Source of the DNA: Octopus sinensis
Lineage: Eukaryota
Direction: 5' to 3'
Assembly (NCBI RefSeq): GCF_006345805.1
Contig: NC_043003.1
Span: forward strand, 24,614,001-24,678,000
Length of the DNA: 64,000 nt
Both the position numbers and the translations under genes were made by a program. Positions 51,361-64,000 of this stretch are shown in pieces (the first letter of the stretch is position 1; every line of letters starts with the position of its first letter). Below the pieces are notes generated by a model. It saw nothing but the letters and a program-made list of their open reading frames with translations. It was not told the DNA's origin and did no database searches.

Positions 51361-53599
51361 AAACTGCTTGTTGCCTTTTAGTTGTTACCTTCTTTTTTTA
51401 TCTTACTGTTGTTATCTTCTTTTTTATCATGTTACTTGTTGTTACCTTCATTTTTATCATGCTACTGACTCCAAAACAAATTCTTGTAACAAGACAGTTG
51501 TAAATGGTTGTAAATGAGTATCATCATCATACAACCGAGCGGTTGTTTGTTTACAGTCTTACATGAAAAAACATGTCTAGCTTTGGGAAAACATTACCTT
51601 GCTTGGAAACAAGTGAGGGTTGGTGACAGGCTGTAGAATATTTGTCTCGGCAAATTCCATCTGACCCATGCAAGTGTGGAAAAGTAGATGTCAAATGATG
51701 ATAATTATGAAATGCACCTGTGTGTGTGTGTATGTTTTATTTTAGTCATGCACACGTTTTTCAGGGAATTTAATAATTATCACAGCGTTATCATACTTTA
51801 GTTCTCACTTGTAGAAACTGACAGAGGCAGGTACAAAATAAGAGTCTGTTAATATATTTCATAAGTTGAAATATTGATTTAAATAGTGAAAAGGAACGGG
51901 GTATTTGGCTTCTAACTATTGGACCATGGATGAATGGTGTAAATGATTTATAACTTCTGATTCCATGGTGGATGATTCCAAATAATTTTTAGAATGTTTT
52001 AAAACGGATGTGTTGAAGCGAGTCTTAAAAGTTTCTCCCCAACTCTTTCTCTCTCAAATATATATATCAATCTTGCTCTCATTCCCTCTTTCTCCCTCTT
52101 CCTCTCTCTCTGTATATGGGTAGGTGAGTGTGTATGTATATATATATATATATACACACACTCACACTTTCACAGAGGCATACTCAACTCAAAGTGTTTC
52201 AATTTACGTCTTTTTCAATTTCACACTGTTTTTTGCTTGTTTTTGCTTTTGGGGTTTATTTTTATTTTTGTTTGTAAGAAATTAATGGTAAAAATAAACT
52301 TCAACTTCAGTTGATTTATCCAACTTTACGTTGGTCTCACGAAACATTTAAAAGCATTAAAAAATGTTTTTAAAAAATGCCTTATAACCAACACTGTAGT
52401 TGTAGAAGCAAATAAGATATGTGTGAAAATATGTACAAATCATTTATCAAAACATATGTGCTAATGTATCTTTTTTTAAATGTTTCTTCGTGTTACATTG
52501 TTTTCCAAGTAAAGTCACATGTTTTGCAATCAACTATCAACATAAGTTGTGGTATGCCCATGTGTGTATGTATATCTTTTACTTGTTTCAGTCATTAGTA
52601 TGCAACCATGCTGGAGTAATTACTACCTTGAAGGGTTTTAGTCAAAGAAGTCAGCCCCTGAATTTTTTTTTTTTTTAAGCCTGATACTTATTCTATCAGT
52701 TTTTTGCCAAACCGCTAGTTGTCATATTCATATTTAGATACTTTGGAATAAAAATGGTTTTGGTTTACTGTCAGGTGACTTTTGACCAACTCTGTGTATA
52801 TGTATATATATATATTTATATACGACAGGCTTCATTCAGTTTCCGCCTACTAAATCCGCTTGCAAGTTTGGAGTAGTTGGGTGGATGAATGGATGTGACC
52901 AATTTTGTGCCTTTGCACAAACAGTAGCATCCAAGTTTCTTAGATGAAGAACTGGGATCCTTTCTTTGGTATGAACCTATGATGTGGCACATCAAGACAC
53001 ATCTAGCTGTTGAGAAACTCAATAATAACACTCTCACACAGCTACTTGTGATTGTGGTAACTGTGTTGACTGTTTGGAAAGACTCTAAACCTAGACCAAA
53101 AGATGAATGGCAAGAACAACAGGTGGCTATGCATGGTCTTAACTCACATTGACACACACCAAATTCCCATTGTCTTTGATAGTCCTGTGGTGGCAGACAT
53201 GGGCAGTAACAGATAGCCTGGTTTAATGGGTGAAGGGAGTGAGAGTATGATGGGAAGTGAGTCCTGTAGAGGTGGGAGAAATGTGAGAATAACAGTGCTG
53301 GAGGGAGTTGTGGAAGAGAGACAGTGACAGCAGCTACATATTTTCTTTGGGGAACAGAATCTGACTGATTTATGATATTGAAGATAGATGATGATAAAAG
53401 GGAGCAATGGCTGTGGGTGGGTGTGTCTTGAGAATTTTTTTTATCACACCTGTTCACTGAATCCACCGTTAGCATTAATAGCTGCTTCAATACAGGGTCA
53501 GAAGCCCTGACCTGCCTGAATCAGATGATCTTTATCAATTTTGGACATAGTGCTGGTTATGGCACACTTGAGAGATTGTATAGTGCTAGGGGGTCATTG

Positions 53600-54519
53600 A
53601 TTGACCTCTCTCTCTCTCTCTCAACTATGCCCCATACAGAATGTGATCATGGAAATTGGCACACATCTACACTTGGGTTTCCCTAACCTTATGAAATGTT
53701 ACAGAGTCTTGTTGGAAGATGTGTGGTCTTCCATTGCATACTCTGTCTATCCAGGGCCCCACAACTTTCTCCAATATCTCTGTGAAAAAAAAGTGAAGAA
53801 GCATGACATCTCCCTCATTGCTGATGACTCCCAGAGTCATAACAGTTGCTGGGAACTTAGTATGCTCAACCATTGGAACTTCAATCGGGTCTCTTTGTAA
53901 TCATCTATCATTCCTTTGGTTTACCTCTCCATCCTGATTGAAGTTTTTCTCATTGGGGAAAAAAAACGAAGTATTCCAGTTTGTTGGTGATTTAACTTGT
54001 TTAGCAAGCACTTTGCATGGGTCAAGCAATTCTTTCTTGTCACATCCAATATAAACTGACCCTTCTGTATCACATATAACTTGTACCAGATGTCCTCATG
54101 CACAACACTTCTGATTATGCATTCTGAAACCTTGAGATCATTTGCAATGGCCCTGATTGACTTTCCAGGGACTTTATCAATTATTTCTTGGACATTTTGT
54201 CAAAAGTTACATGTTCTCATGCTATTAGGACCCTTTACATGTGTTTTACATTTAGCTGCTAATGTTGGATCTCTGTCAACAGCTTCTAGCTCCTTTCAAA
54301 TTTTGACAATGAAAGACCAGGCAACTTTCAGGAAGTGAGTTATCTCTGTATCACTAAACTCCTCTTTTAAGGCATTAATTAGAACATGGGTTTTCAGTTG
54401 CTGAGTCAACCTGATGTCTGACATTATTTATCTGAAAAGTAAAGTAACAAAATGTGCATTAGGAGAAAGTTTCTAACTTTCTCCCCAAGGCGGTGTCCTC
54501 AAAAAGCTGACACACCCTG
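53600..54519 (-). mobile_element. Decayed Tc1/mariner (maT/rosa-like) transposon
   Basis: TKFPATVMTLGVISNEGDVM...PWIDRVCNGRPHIFQQDS peptide; TA-CAGGGTGTGTC terminus at 54519. Confidence 0.85.
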
Positions 54520-54524
54520 TATAT

Positions 54525-54915
54525 ATATTCTTTTACTTGTTTCAGTGATTTGACTGCAGCCATGCTGGAGGGTTTTAGTTGGACAAATCAACCCCAGGAC
54601 TTATTTTTTAAAGCCTAGTACTTATCTATCCATCTCTTTTTGCCGAACTGCTAAGTTATGGGGACATAAACACTAATACCGGTTGTCAAGTGATGATGGG
54701 AGTGACAAACACAGGCACAAAGGCACACACATAATTATATACATATATAAATATATGACAGGCTTCTTTCAGTTTCCGTCTACCAAATCCACTCACAAGG
54801 TTTTGGTTGGTCTAAGACTATAGTAGAAGACACTTGCCCAAGGTGCCACACAGTGGGACTGAACCTGGAACCATGTGATTGGGAAGCAAGTTTCTTACTA
54901 CACAGTCACACTTGT
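54525..54915 (-). mobile_element. Full-length SINE family A (a second head follows at 54975-55120)
   Basis: Same modules as other family A copies. Confidence 0.85.
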
Positions 54916-55379
54916 GCCTATGTATATGTGCGTGTGTATATATATATATATATACACACATACATACATATATAAACAGGCTTCTTTCAGTTTCCATCTA
55001 CCAAATCCACTCACATGGTTGGACCAAGGCTATATTGGAAGACACTTGCCCAAGGTACCTCACTGTGAGACTGTACCTGGAACCATGTGCTTGGGAAGCA
55101 AGCATCTTACCACACAGCTACATGAATGTGTGTGTGTATGTATATATACAGACAGACAGACATACACACACACGTGCACACATACAAGTTTTTAATATAG
55201 TTATACATTTTGTTTTTTATTTGCTTCTTTTCCAAATTTCTTTTTATGCATAAAATCTATGACAAATATTTGGGAGAAACAGACAGAGAGAATGCATGTA
55301 TATACACACACACACATTGCTTGTTTTGTACTATTGTGTTCATCTCTTATTTTTTTTCATATTTATATATATATATATT

Positions 55380-56680
55380 ATATATATATATATATATATA
55401 CTACTGTTGTTGCTGCTGCTGTTATTATTATTATCATCATTGTCGTCGTCGTAATCATGAAACTATATTTGCCAGTATTGAGTCTCAGTTCCATATAAAT
55501 ATTATAAAAAAAAAAGTTTTGAAATACTTCTTTTGTGACACTGCTGCTGATGATGATGACGGTCTTGGTGATGATGATGACGATGATGTTGACAATGATT
55601 ATTTTCCATTATATATTTTCTCTGGTTCTTTGATGTGTGAGGCAAGCAATACACATTTTTATTTTCTACCAACACCGACATCATCATTGTCAACAATGCT
55701 ATCTTCATCATCATCATCATCATCATCACCATCTTTGCTATTGTCAACAACACCACCATCATCATTTTGAACTCTATCATCACCATTTACTTCTAATACC
55801 ATCATCATTATTATCACTATCTTTTTTTATGAATGCTGCCATCATTCTCAATAACACTAACATCATTTTCAACATCATCATCATCATCATTGTCAACAAT
55901 ACCGTCATCATTGTCAAGAACACTGTTGACATTATTTTCGTCATGAACATAAATAACCATTATCATCACAGTCATAATCATTGTCAACAGCACTTGTCAT
56001 TTTCATCACAATCATCAGTGTCCGCCTCCTCATCATCATTATTGTCAAAAATAGCACTGCCATCATTGTTAACAACATCCTAACCGGCTTCCGTGCCAGT
56101 GGCACATAAAGGCACAATTCGAGTGTGATCGTTACCAGCGTTGCCTTACTGGCACTTGTGCCCGTGCTAGTAGGGTGCCAAGAGCACCATCCGAGTGTGA
56201 TCGTTGCCAGAGCAGCTTACTGGCTTCCGTGCGGGCGGCACGTAAAAGGTACCATTCAAGCTTGATCATTACCAGCGTCGCCTTACTGGCACCTGTGCCG
56301 GTGGCATGTGTAAAAAGATTCAAGCAAGGTCGTTGCCAGATCGCCTGACTGTCCCCCGTGCCAGTGGCACGTAAAAAGCACCCACTACACTCTTGGAGTG
56401 ATTGGCATTAGGAAGGGTATCCAGCTGTAGAAATCCTGCCAGATTAAGATTGGGGCCTGGTGCAGCCATCTGGTTCGCCAGCCCTCAGTCAAAATCGTCC
56501 AACCCATGCTAGCATGGAAAGTGGACATTAAATGATGATGATCATCATCATCATTAATGATACCATCATCACCTTCATTATCAATAACACCAACAGCACC
56601 AATAGCATCATCATATTCACTATCAACAGTGCAATCATCACCATTTTCAACTTCACATCATTATTATTGGACATCATAGG
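55380..56680. repeat. Degenerate (CAT)/(CAA)/(GAT) triplet low-complexity region, interrupted by a family C copy (56083-56535)
   Basis: Read directly; the insert has repeated gtgccagtggcac and gatcgttaccag motifs. Confidence 0.85.
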
Positions 56681-56890
56681 TGGCAAGGTGGCAGAATCGT
56701 TAGCACATCGGGCAGAATGCTTAGCAGTACTTCGCCCATCACTACGTTCTAAGTTCAAGTTCCACCAAGGTCGACTTTACCTTTCATCCTTTCAGGGTCA
56801 ATAAATTAAGTACCAGTTGCATATTGGGGTCAATCTAATCGACTTGTTCCCTTCCCCAAAATTTCTGGCCTTGTGCCTATAGTAAAAAGG
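56680..56890 (+). mobile_element. SINE family B
   Basis: ggtggcagaatcgttagcac...ggccttgtgcctatagtaaaaaggattatt. Confidence 0.85.
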
Positions 56891-57060
56891 ATTATTATTG
56901 GTCATCATCATTGTTATTCTTTTGTTGGAACTTCTGGAGTCTAGTATGCATAGCAGGCTTACTATCTGCACCCTATGGTGCCAAACTATCTGTTCTTTTC
57001 AACAATCTAGTACTTTCCTGGTGGTTCTGGCTCTGCCAAGGAGGCAAACTTTTTGTAACC

Positions 57061-57291
57061 CATTTCTTTACTACCCACAAGAGGCTAAACACAGAGAGGA
57101 CAAACAAGGACAGACAAACAGATTAAGTCGATTATATCAACCCCAGTGCGTAACTGGTACTTAATTTTATCGACCCCGAAAGGATGAAAGGCAAAGTCGA
57201 CCTCGGCGGAATTTGATCTCAGAACGTAACGGCAGACGAAATACCAATAAGCATTTCGCCCGGCGTGCTAACGTTTCTGCCAGCTCGCCGC
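57061..57291 (-). mobile_element. Young SINE family B with 12-bp TSD
   Basis: ctttttgtaacc at 57049-57060 and 57292-57303; CpGs retained. Confidence 0.9.
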
Positions 57292-57454
57292 CTTTTTGTA
57301 ACCGTTCTACTGTGCACTTTATTCCCATTTCCTTTATATTCCTCTTGACGCCTTCTGATACTCTCCCCAAGGACCCAACAATAATTGGCACTGTCTTCCC
57401 CTTTGTTATCCACTGTCAAACTGTCTCATACATTATCGTCATCATTATTATTAT

Positions 57455-57677
57455 TGAAGCAGACAGCTAGCAGAATTGTTAGCATGCCAAGCAAAATGCT
57501 TAGCAATATTTCCTCCATCTTTATGTTCTGAGTTCAAATTCCACCAAGATTTAGTTTACATTTTCACCCTTTCAGGGTCTATAAAAATAAGTACCAGTTG
57601 AGCACTAGGGTCAATGTAATTGACTTACCCTCTCCTGGAAGTTGCTGGCATTGTGCTATAATTTGAAACTGTTGTTA

Positions 57678-57720
<43 letters not shown>

Positions 57721-58090
57721 GAAGGCAGCAAACTGGCAGAATTGTCAGCATGCCAGGCAGAATGTTTAGCCACATTTTGTCCATCTTTACATTCTGAGTT
57801 CAAATTCTGCCAACGTTGACTTTACCTTTCATTCTTTCAGGGTTGATAAATTAAGTACCGGTGAAACACTGGAGTCAATGTATTCGATTAGTCCCCCAAG
57901 CTGGCAAAGTTGTTAGCTTGCTTGATGAAATGCTTAACGGTATTTTGCTTCTTGAGTTCAAATTCCACTGAGGTCAACTTCGCCCTTCTTCCTTTGGGGT
58001 TCAATAAATTGCCAACGAAATTTTGGGTTTGATGTAATTGACTAGTCCTCTCCTCAAAACTTTCAGGCCTCATGCCTATAGTAGAAAAGA

Positions 58091-58126
<36 letters not shown>

Positions 58127-58400
58127 CATAGTGAAGATAATCAAGAGAGTACATAGTTAGACTGAATGTGTTGTAGTTTATTTCTAAAACAACAGGTTTC
58201 ATGACGTATGCATTAGTAATAGTCATGCACAAGGCCAGTAGATTTGAGTAGAGGGTGGGGTTATTCAGTATTATCAACCCCAAAAGGACAAAAGCAATGT
58301 TGGCTAGGTGGGATTTGAACTTGGGACAGGAAAGTTTAGAAAAATACTGCAAGGCATTTTTCTTCTGATGCTCTTAGAATTCTGTTAAATTATCATCCTT
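57455..58400. mobile_element. SINE B array joined by (ATT)n
   Basis: Three plus-strand copies and one degenerate minus-strand copy. Confidence 0.75.
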
Positions 58401-60519
58401 AACCATTTGTGTTTTACATATGTTACACAGGACATATTTTCCTGGCATCTACAAATTATATATATAATACATTTCCAATTGTTTCCAACCATCAGAGTAA
58501 CTCAGGACTTAGGAAAGGAAAGCTTTGAATTATTCATTCAGAAAATATGAAACAAGGACAAACTTATGAAGATAGCTTGGACAAGCAAAATATTAAAACC
58601 CTTGGGAATACTGTGAGCAAGTTAAATAGTTAAAATAATGTAGTTATTGTGAGCATGTGTGAAAGTAATACAGTTAGTGTGAACAAGTGCAGCATTTATA
58701 TGTAATTATGATCATTCATCATTGTTTTACTTCATGCCAGCATTCTATGTTGGCATGGGTTGGACTCATTGTCATAGTCAAAATCAAATCTTTGTGGGTG
58801 CCATTGCTCTCCTAAGCAGTGCACATGCTTTATTTTGTCTTGGTTTCAATGACTAGATTTCCTTCTTATAACCAACAATTTTAACAGCTTGTACTGGGTG
58901 TGGTTTCCTGTGGCACCAACACCAGAGAGGTTGTTATAACCCTAACCCAGACAAGACTAAAATTAACAGCATAGCTTGATGAGAGGTGGTCCATCTTGGA
59001 CAACACTTTTGTGGGGACTACAGTGTTGGGTCTGCTGTATAAGCGTGGGGTAGGGATGTAAACGCAAGGACTGCTCTGTGTAGCACACACTCTAGCCAAA
59101 CCACTGACTAAAATGCCTTCTCGACCTATATTTCATTCACTCATTTGCCAACCATATTACAGTGTGTACTGAGTGCACATTTATGTGGCACCAGCACAAG
59201 CGTGTTTGTTAAGTCCTCAGTGAGACAGGGCTAACATGAATACTTTTCCTCTACTTACCCACAAATCTGTGTAGAGGATGCATCAGAGGAGGGATCCAGC
59301 TCTGGAGAAGTTAGTTGCCTTGTACACTCTATGTATAAAGAATACTCATTAGTATTCATTAAAACATGCATGTTTGCTCAAAGTATTATGATCAATGATG
59401 GGAGGGATAGGAGAAAGTATGATGTCAGAAGTAATGTTCAAATGGATGAAGTCCATTCTGAGTAATAACTTCTTCCTTCCTTCCCACACCGCCTCAGAGT
59501 TTCTGAGGGTGGTGGAGTCAGGTGGGGAGTGTAGTCATGGATTCTACATTTCCTTCTCCATCTAAAAAAAGAAATAATAAATTGATATAATTATTTGAGC
59601 CATTGTGTGGAATTTTATTACAATCGTATCCAGGATAAGGTGGCAGGAATTTAATTTTTCCCTTCTCTTTAATGCTATAGAATCCTCAAATAAACTCTGG
59701 TTTTACAATGCCCCTGCTGTGGTTAGGCCGGATGACTTAATTCCATTATTATAGTCTTGTTTTGACAGTTCTGTGTGGTTAGTCTTTTCTCCTGCCTAAG
59801 TTATTAACTGACTATAATACTTGATAAACAGAAAAAGAAGAAGAAAAAATAACAGAAAGAGAAAATTGCAATTTTTATGTTAGATCAATGCAAATTGATA
59901 GTTATTAAATTATGTATTGATTCTTTGAAGAAATTGAAAACAAAACATAGTGGTATTTCTGTGTATTTATTTTCATTTTCTCAATGGAATTATTTACACA
60001 CACACACGCATATTAGGAGAGAGAGGTGTGTGTATGTATTATAGTCTAGGCATTAATAGATAAAATGGTTAGGGTTTTTGTATCTATGTAATGGTTATGG
60101 TTAGGTGACTTTCTGAGTTAGCAATCAGCTTTATAGATCCTCACATATTTTTTTTTTAATTTCCAAAATGTAAGAGTAAGATATTTATTCATTTATTTAT
60201 TTAGTAGTTATTCAAACACCACCATCCTCGTCAACGTCGTCATCTTCATCATCAAGGTCAGTGGTCCAGACACTGATTTCAGAAAGCCATTACAATATCA
60301 ACTTTTCGTACTTCCTGGTTCCAACTTTGTGTTTTTTTGTTGTTGATTTTTGTTTTGTTTGTTTGTTTTTTTCTCTTTACTCTATAATGTTGATCTCAGT
60401 GATCTGTGTCTTCTTTTCCTACATTGAATCACACTGGTATAATTCTTAGAGGATTGGAAACCGGGATGTTGTAATGATTTTGCTGCTCTGACAAATCAAT
60501 ACAATAAATTTGCTATTAG

Positions 60520-60780
60520 GTGCAGACATGGCTGTGCAGTTAAGAAGCAACTTTGCAACCACATGATTTCAAATTCAAGCCCACTGCATGGCATTTTGGG
60601 AAAGTGTCTTCTACTATAGCCCTGGGTCAACCAATGATCTGTGAGTGGATTTAGTAGATAGAAATTGTGTGGAATCACATCATGTATGTATGTGTGTGTG
60701 TTTGTTCTCCACCACCACTTGACAACTGGTGTCGGTTTATTTACATCCCTGTAATGACTGAAACAAGTAAAAGATAAAAG
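60520..60780 (+). mobile_element. SINE family A (internally deleted)
   Basis: Head plus tail ...gactgaaacaagtaaaaga. Confidence 0.75.
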
Positions 60781-60899
60781 ATATATATGGTCTGATTATG
60801 ACTAATGCATTGAAACTCTGAAGTCATTGTCAATCTTTTCCTGGGAGTGCTAAAAAAATATTAAGTGGATCCTCCAATTTATAGTGTAATATATAACTT

Positions 60900-61290
60900 T
60901 ACATAAAAACAAACATTAATACATATGCCCAAACGACCTGAACATTAGTTTCAAGGTTCATCCAAAGCTGGGACCAACGAGCTATACGTCCCCTGCCCAA
61001 TTCACGGATCACAGCATATAAGTACACTGTGACATAATTTCTTTTCCCCTGCTCTGTTTAACATTGTCCCGAAAGAGATCAAAGACGAAAAGGATCCCAT
61101 CACCTTTAAACGGAGTCTGGACAGATTTCTTCAAGGAATACCGGATAAGCCACCCATACCTGGATACAACTCACTCAACAAGGACTCACTGCTTGAATGG
61201 ACCACAAACAAAACTTGACTTAAACAGGATTTAGATAATCCTATCAGGTGGTGCTATTAAGTTAGACATGGCCTGGACCAATCTTGGGTC
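60900..61290 (+). mobile_element. CR1/L2-clade LINE 3' end
   Basis: LFNIVPKEIKDEKDPITFKRSLDRFLQGIPDKP peptide. Confidence 0.75.
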
Positions 61291-61324
61291 AAAATATATC
61301 TAAGTTTATATATATACATATATA

Positions 61325-61670
61325 TCATCATCATCATTCATTTAGCGTCCGTTTTCCATGCTAGCATGGGTTGGACGGTTCAACTGGGGTCTGGGGAGCC
61401 CGAAGGCTGCACCAGGCCAGTCAGATCTGGCAGTGTTTCTACAGCTGGATGCCCTTCCTAACGCCAACCACTCCGAGAGTGTAGTGGGTGATTTTATGTG
61501 CCACCGACACAGGTGCCAGACGAGGCTGGCAGACGTCCACGCTCAGATGGTGTTTTTATGTGCCACCGACACAGGTGCCAGATGAGGCTGGCGAACGGCC
61601 ACGATTGGATGGTGTTTGTTACGTGCCCGCAGCACGGAGGCCAGTCGATGCGGTACTGGCTACGGCCACA
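61325..61670 (-). mobile_element. Family C repeat with internal gccaccgacacaggtgccaga duplication
   Basis: Homologous to 46515-46770. Confidence 0.8.
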
Positions 61671-62250
61671 TGTATATATATATATATATATATATATAAC
61701 CCACCAACCCTCCTACTTTCTTCCTTTAATATGGCTAGCTCTCCACATTTAATCATTCCACCATTGAGCTTTTCTGCATTATGATCTGAAGTGTAAAATC
61801 TTCTCTACCCTGATGATAGAGACTCAGTTTATCCAATGTTGATTGCTTCCATTATGGCCACATATTGTGATGAACTGCGTCTACCAACATTATGATGTAT
61901 CTTTGAGCACCCAGAAACAGCTGTTGTAATGATAGCACCTTTCTGCCTTCCCTTTAATTTTGTCTGTCACTTGTAATCTGTGTAAGTTGGATCTATTAAT
62001 ATAAATATCTATATATTCATACTTAAATATTCATCATCTGAAAGTTTCCACCTTTTGCTTTTTCTCGTTTTGCATGTATACATATACACATATTTTGTAT
62101 TTCATGCCCAAACTATTATATTTCATATATCTGATTTGTTTATCCATGTAACTGCCTCTCTTTCTCTCCCCCTCTTCCCCTCTCTCTCTCTCTCTCCATA
62201 TATATATATATATATATATGCATATATATGCACACACACACACAAATACA

Positions 62251-62459
62251 TAGGGTGTTCCTAAATTATCTTTACAGCTCTATATTTTATTGTATTGTAT
62301 CATCTAGATGTGTTGCATGCAACCAATGGAGCCTATATGAAGTTCTCTGATATTTCTAATAAAACTTTGCTTGCTTTGCCAATAAATTCTACTGAGTTAT
62401 CCTTATTTTTCATTTTTTCTAAATTGTTCAAATTGTAAAGGTAATTTATGGACACCCTG
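62251..62459. mobile_element. Tc1/mariner MITE
   Basis: TIR tagggtgttcctaaattatc / gtaatttatggacaccctg, TA-flanked. Confidence 0.7.
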
Positions 62460-62515
62460 TATGTGTCGGAATATATGTACATATATATCTATATATAATA
62501 TTATTTTTATGTGTA

Positions 62516-62569
<54 letters not shown>

Positions 62570-62698
62570 TACTTACACTTATACACATACATATATATAT
62601 AGATATATATACACATATTTATATATACATGTATATATATATATATATTACATATATATATATTATATGCATATATATATATACACATTTATATATGC

Positions 62699-62729
<31 letters not shown>

Positions 62730-62824
62730 TATACACACACATATAAATATATATACATACATATATATACACATACATATATATATATACGTATATACAC
62801 ATACATATATATATATACACACAT

Positions 62825-63300
62825 ACATTTCCTGTGTCCTTATGTTAACAAGGGGGAGAGGAAGCATTGCTGCTTCTTGAGGCTAAATAGTAGTAGTATG
62901 ATTCCCTTCATGGGACTGTCACATTAATTTGACAGTATACAACTACTTTATCATATCACTACTGCATAAATCTCTCTGAGATATTTAGAAATGAATTATT
63001 TCTATTTTTGTAATTAGCGGATTTATTTCACTAGAATTCTTATATGTTTACAAGAGCTAGATAGTCATCTCCAACTAGCAGGCCATGTTACTCCAGACTG
63101 ATGAGGAGCAAAGACTCAAACTAGTCTCTGGATGCAGGCTTAGCTGGGTGGAGGTGCTTATCTCCCCCTTGTAAACATAAGGACACAGGAAATGTGTCAA
63201 GGCCGAAAGGAAGCATTGCAGCTTCCTTGGGCTAAATTGCAGTAGTATGATTCCCTTCATGGGACTGTCAGATTAAATTGACAGTATACAACTACTTTAT
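62825..63300 (+). mobile_element. Retrozyme/Penelope pLTR-like element: ~349-bp partially tandem unit with HHR and inverted 5' tail
   Basis: 92-bp direct repeat at 62860 and 63209; 35-bp inverted repeat 62825-62859 / 63161-63195 (1 mismatch); HHR lies between them. Confidence 0.7.
63092..63132 (+). ncRNA. Minimal type I hammerhead ribozyme, decayed (G12 missing)
   Basis: UCCAGA-CUGAUGA-G-GAG(CAAAGA)CUC-AAA-CUAGUC-UCUGGA: perfect 6-bp stem I, palindromic ACUAGU helix III, GUC triplet. Confidence 0.75.
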
Positions 63301-63314
63301 ATATATATAAAGTG

Positions 63315-63780
63315 GTGTGCAAGAGAGACATTTGCGCTGGTATGGTCATGTGGCGAGAATGGATGAAGATAGTTGTGTGAAAAAATGCCACACACTAGCG
63401 GTTGAAGGAACCTGTGGAAGAGGTAGACCCAGGAAAACCTGGGACAGGGTGGTGAAACACAACCTTCGAACATTAGGCCTCACCGAGGAAATGACTAGTG
63501 ACCGAGACCTTTGGAAGTATGCTGTGTGTAAGAAGACCCGGCAGGACAAGTAAGACCAAAACCCGTGACCTCTACCTGGGATGTAGCCAGTCCACTTATG
63601 CATACCTTTCCTTCTTGGGACACAAAACTCTACTTGTGAAGACCTGTTGAGGCAAGTAAAAATAGAAATCGATCAACATCAATGGAAATTGTAGTTGTGA
63701 TGCCAGTGCCAGTGGCACGTAAGAGAACCATCCGAACATGGCCATTGCCAGCGCCACCCCGATTGGCCTCTGTGCTGAAA
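63315..63780 (+). mobile_element. RTE LINE 3' end (ORF2 C-terminus plus 3' UTR)
   Basis: LRWYGHVARMDEDSCVKK...GRGRPRKTWDRVVK peptide; the UTR shares gccagtggcacgtaa with family C. Confidence 0.9.
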
Positions 63781-64000
63781 TGAGAAAAAAAAACAACATT
63801 AAACAAGCAAATATACCAACACTTGTTTAATAAAAGAACAATGAAGAGAGTCATACTCTTGTAACAATTAACGACAAAGTAGGGGGTGCATAGATGAGGA
63901 CAATAATAACCAAAATGCTGGAGGAATGATGGTCTTGGTGATGGTAGTGAGGATGGCGGCAGCAATGGCAAAGAAAAAGGGTGAAAATTGATAATAGTAG

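Noticed and set aside
52816-53490. 224-aa minus-strand ORF
   Set aside because: No recognisable domain; composite of repeat and low-complexity sequence.
55210-56083. His/Asp/Ser-rich ORFs
   Set aside because: Degenerate CAT/GAT triplet repeats.
60208-60270. Acidic minus-strand peptide VWTTDLDDEDDDVDEDGGV* or plus-strand Ser-rich exon
   Set aside because: Explainable as a degenerate (CAT/GAT)n repeat, and both strands look equally plausible.

Overview
AT-rich, microsatellite- and SINE-saturated eukaryotic DNA. The repeat landscape (tRNA-headed SINEs with (AT)n/(ATT)n/(GAT)n tails, RTE/CR1 LINE ends, piggyBac and mariner MITEs, Helitrons) resembles an octopus/cephalopod genome; this is inference only, no database was consulted. 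I can support only one protein-coding piece: a 57-nt phase-0 exon (7680-7736, +) encoding GWASFALSASKFAAVASEK, which matches the ALPS region of ArfGAP1. The rest of the window reads as giant intron and/or intergenic DNA, and almost all ORF-track entries are repeat artefacts. The most interesting signal is a set of hammerhead-ribozyme (HHR)/Penelope-type elements. (1) A tRNA/Pol III-promoter head reads without a terminator into a minimal type I HHR and is bracketed by perfect 16-bp inverted repeats (32113-32373). (2) A ~349-bp partially tandem, retrozyme-like unit carries a GUC-type minimal HHR and an inverted 5' tail (62825-63300). (3) A decayed Penelope GIY-YIG element is folded into a ~2-kb inverted repeat (1234-3480). 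Both clear HHR copies carry core mutations and are probably inactive here, so the claim concerns the families, not these copies. Also present: a 296-bp near-loopless palindrome, nested hAT>Helitron>piggyBac insertions, a Helitron whose 3' hairpin includes its own terminus, a 1.34-kb near-identical tandem duplication and a palindrome-unit satellite. Most repeat boundaries are approximate. SINE family labels A, B, C, E are my own working names.
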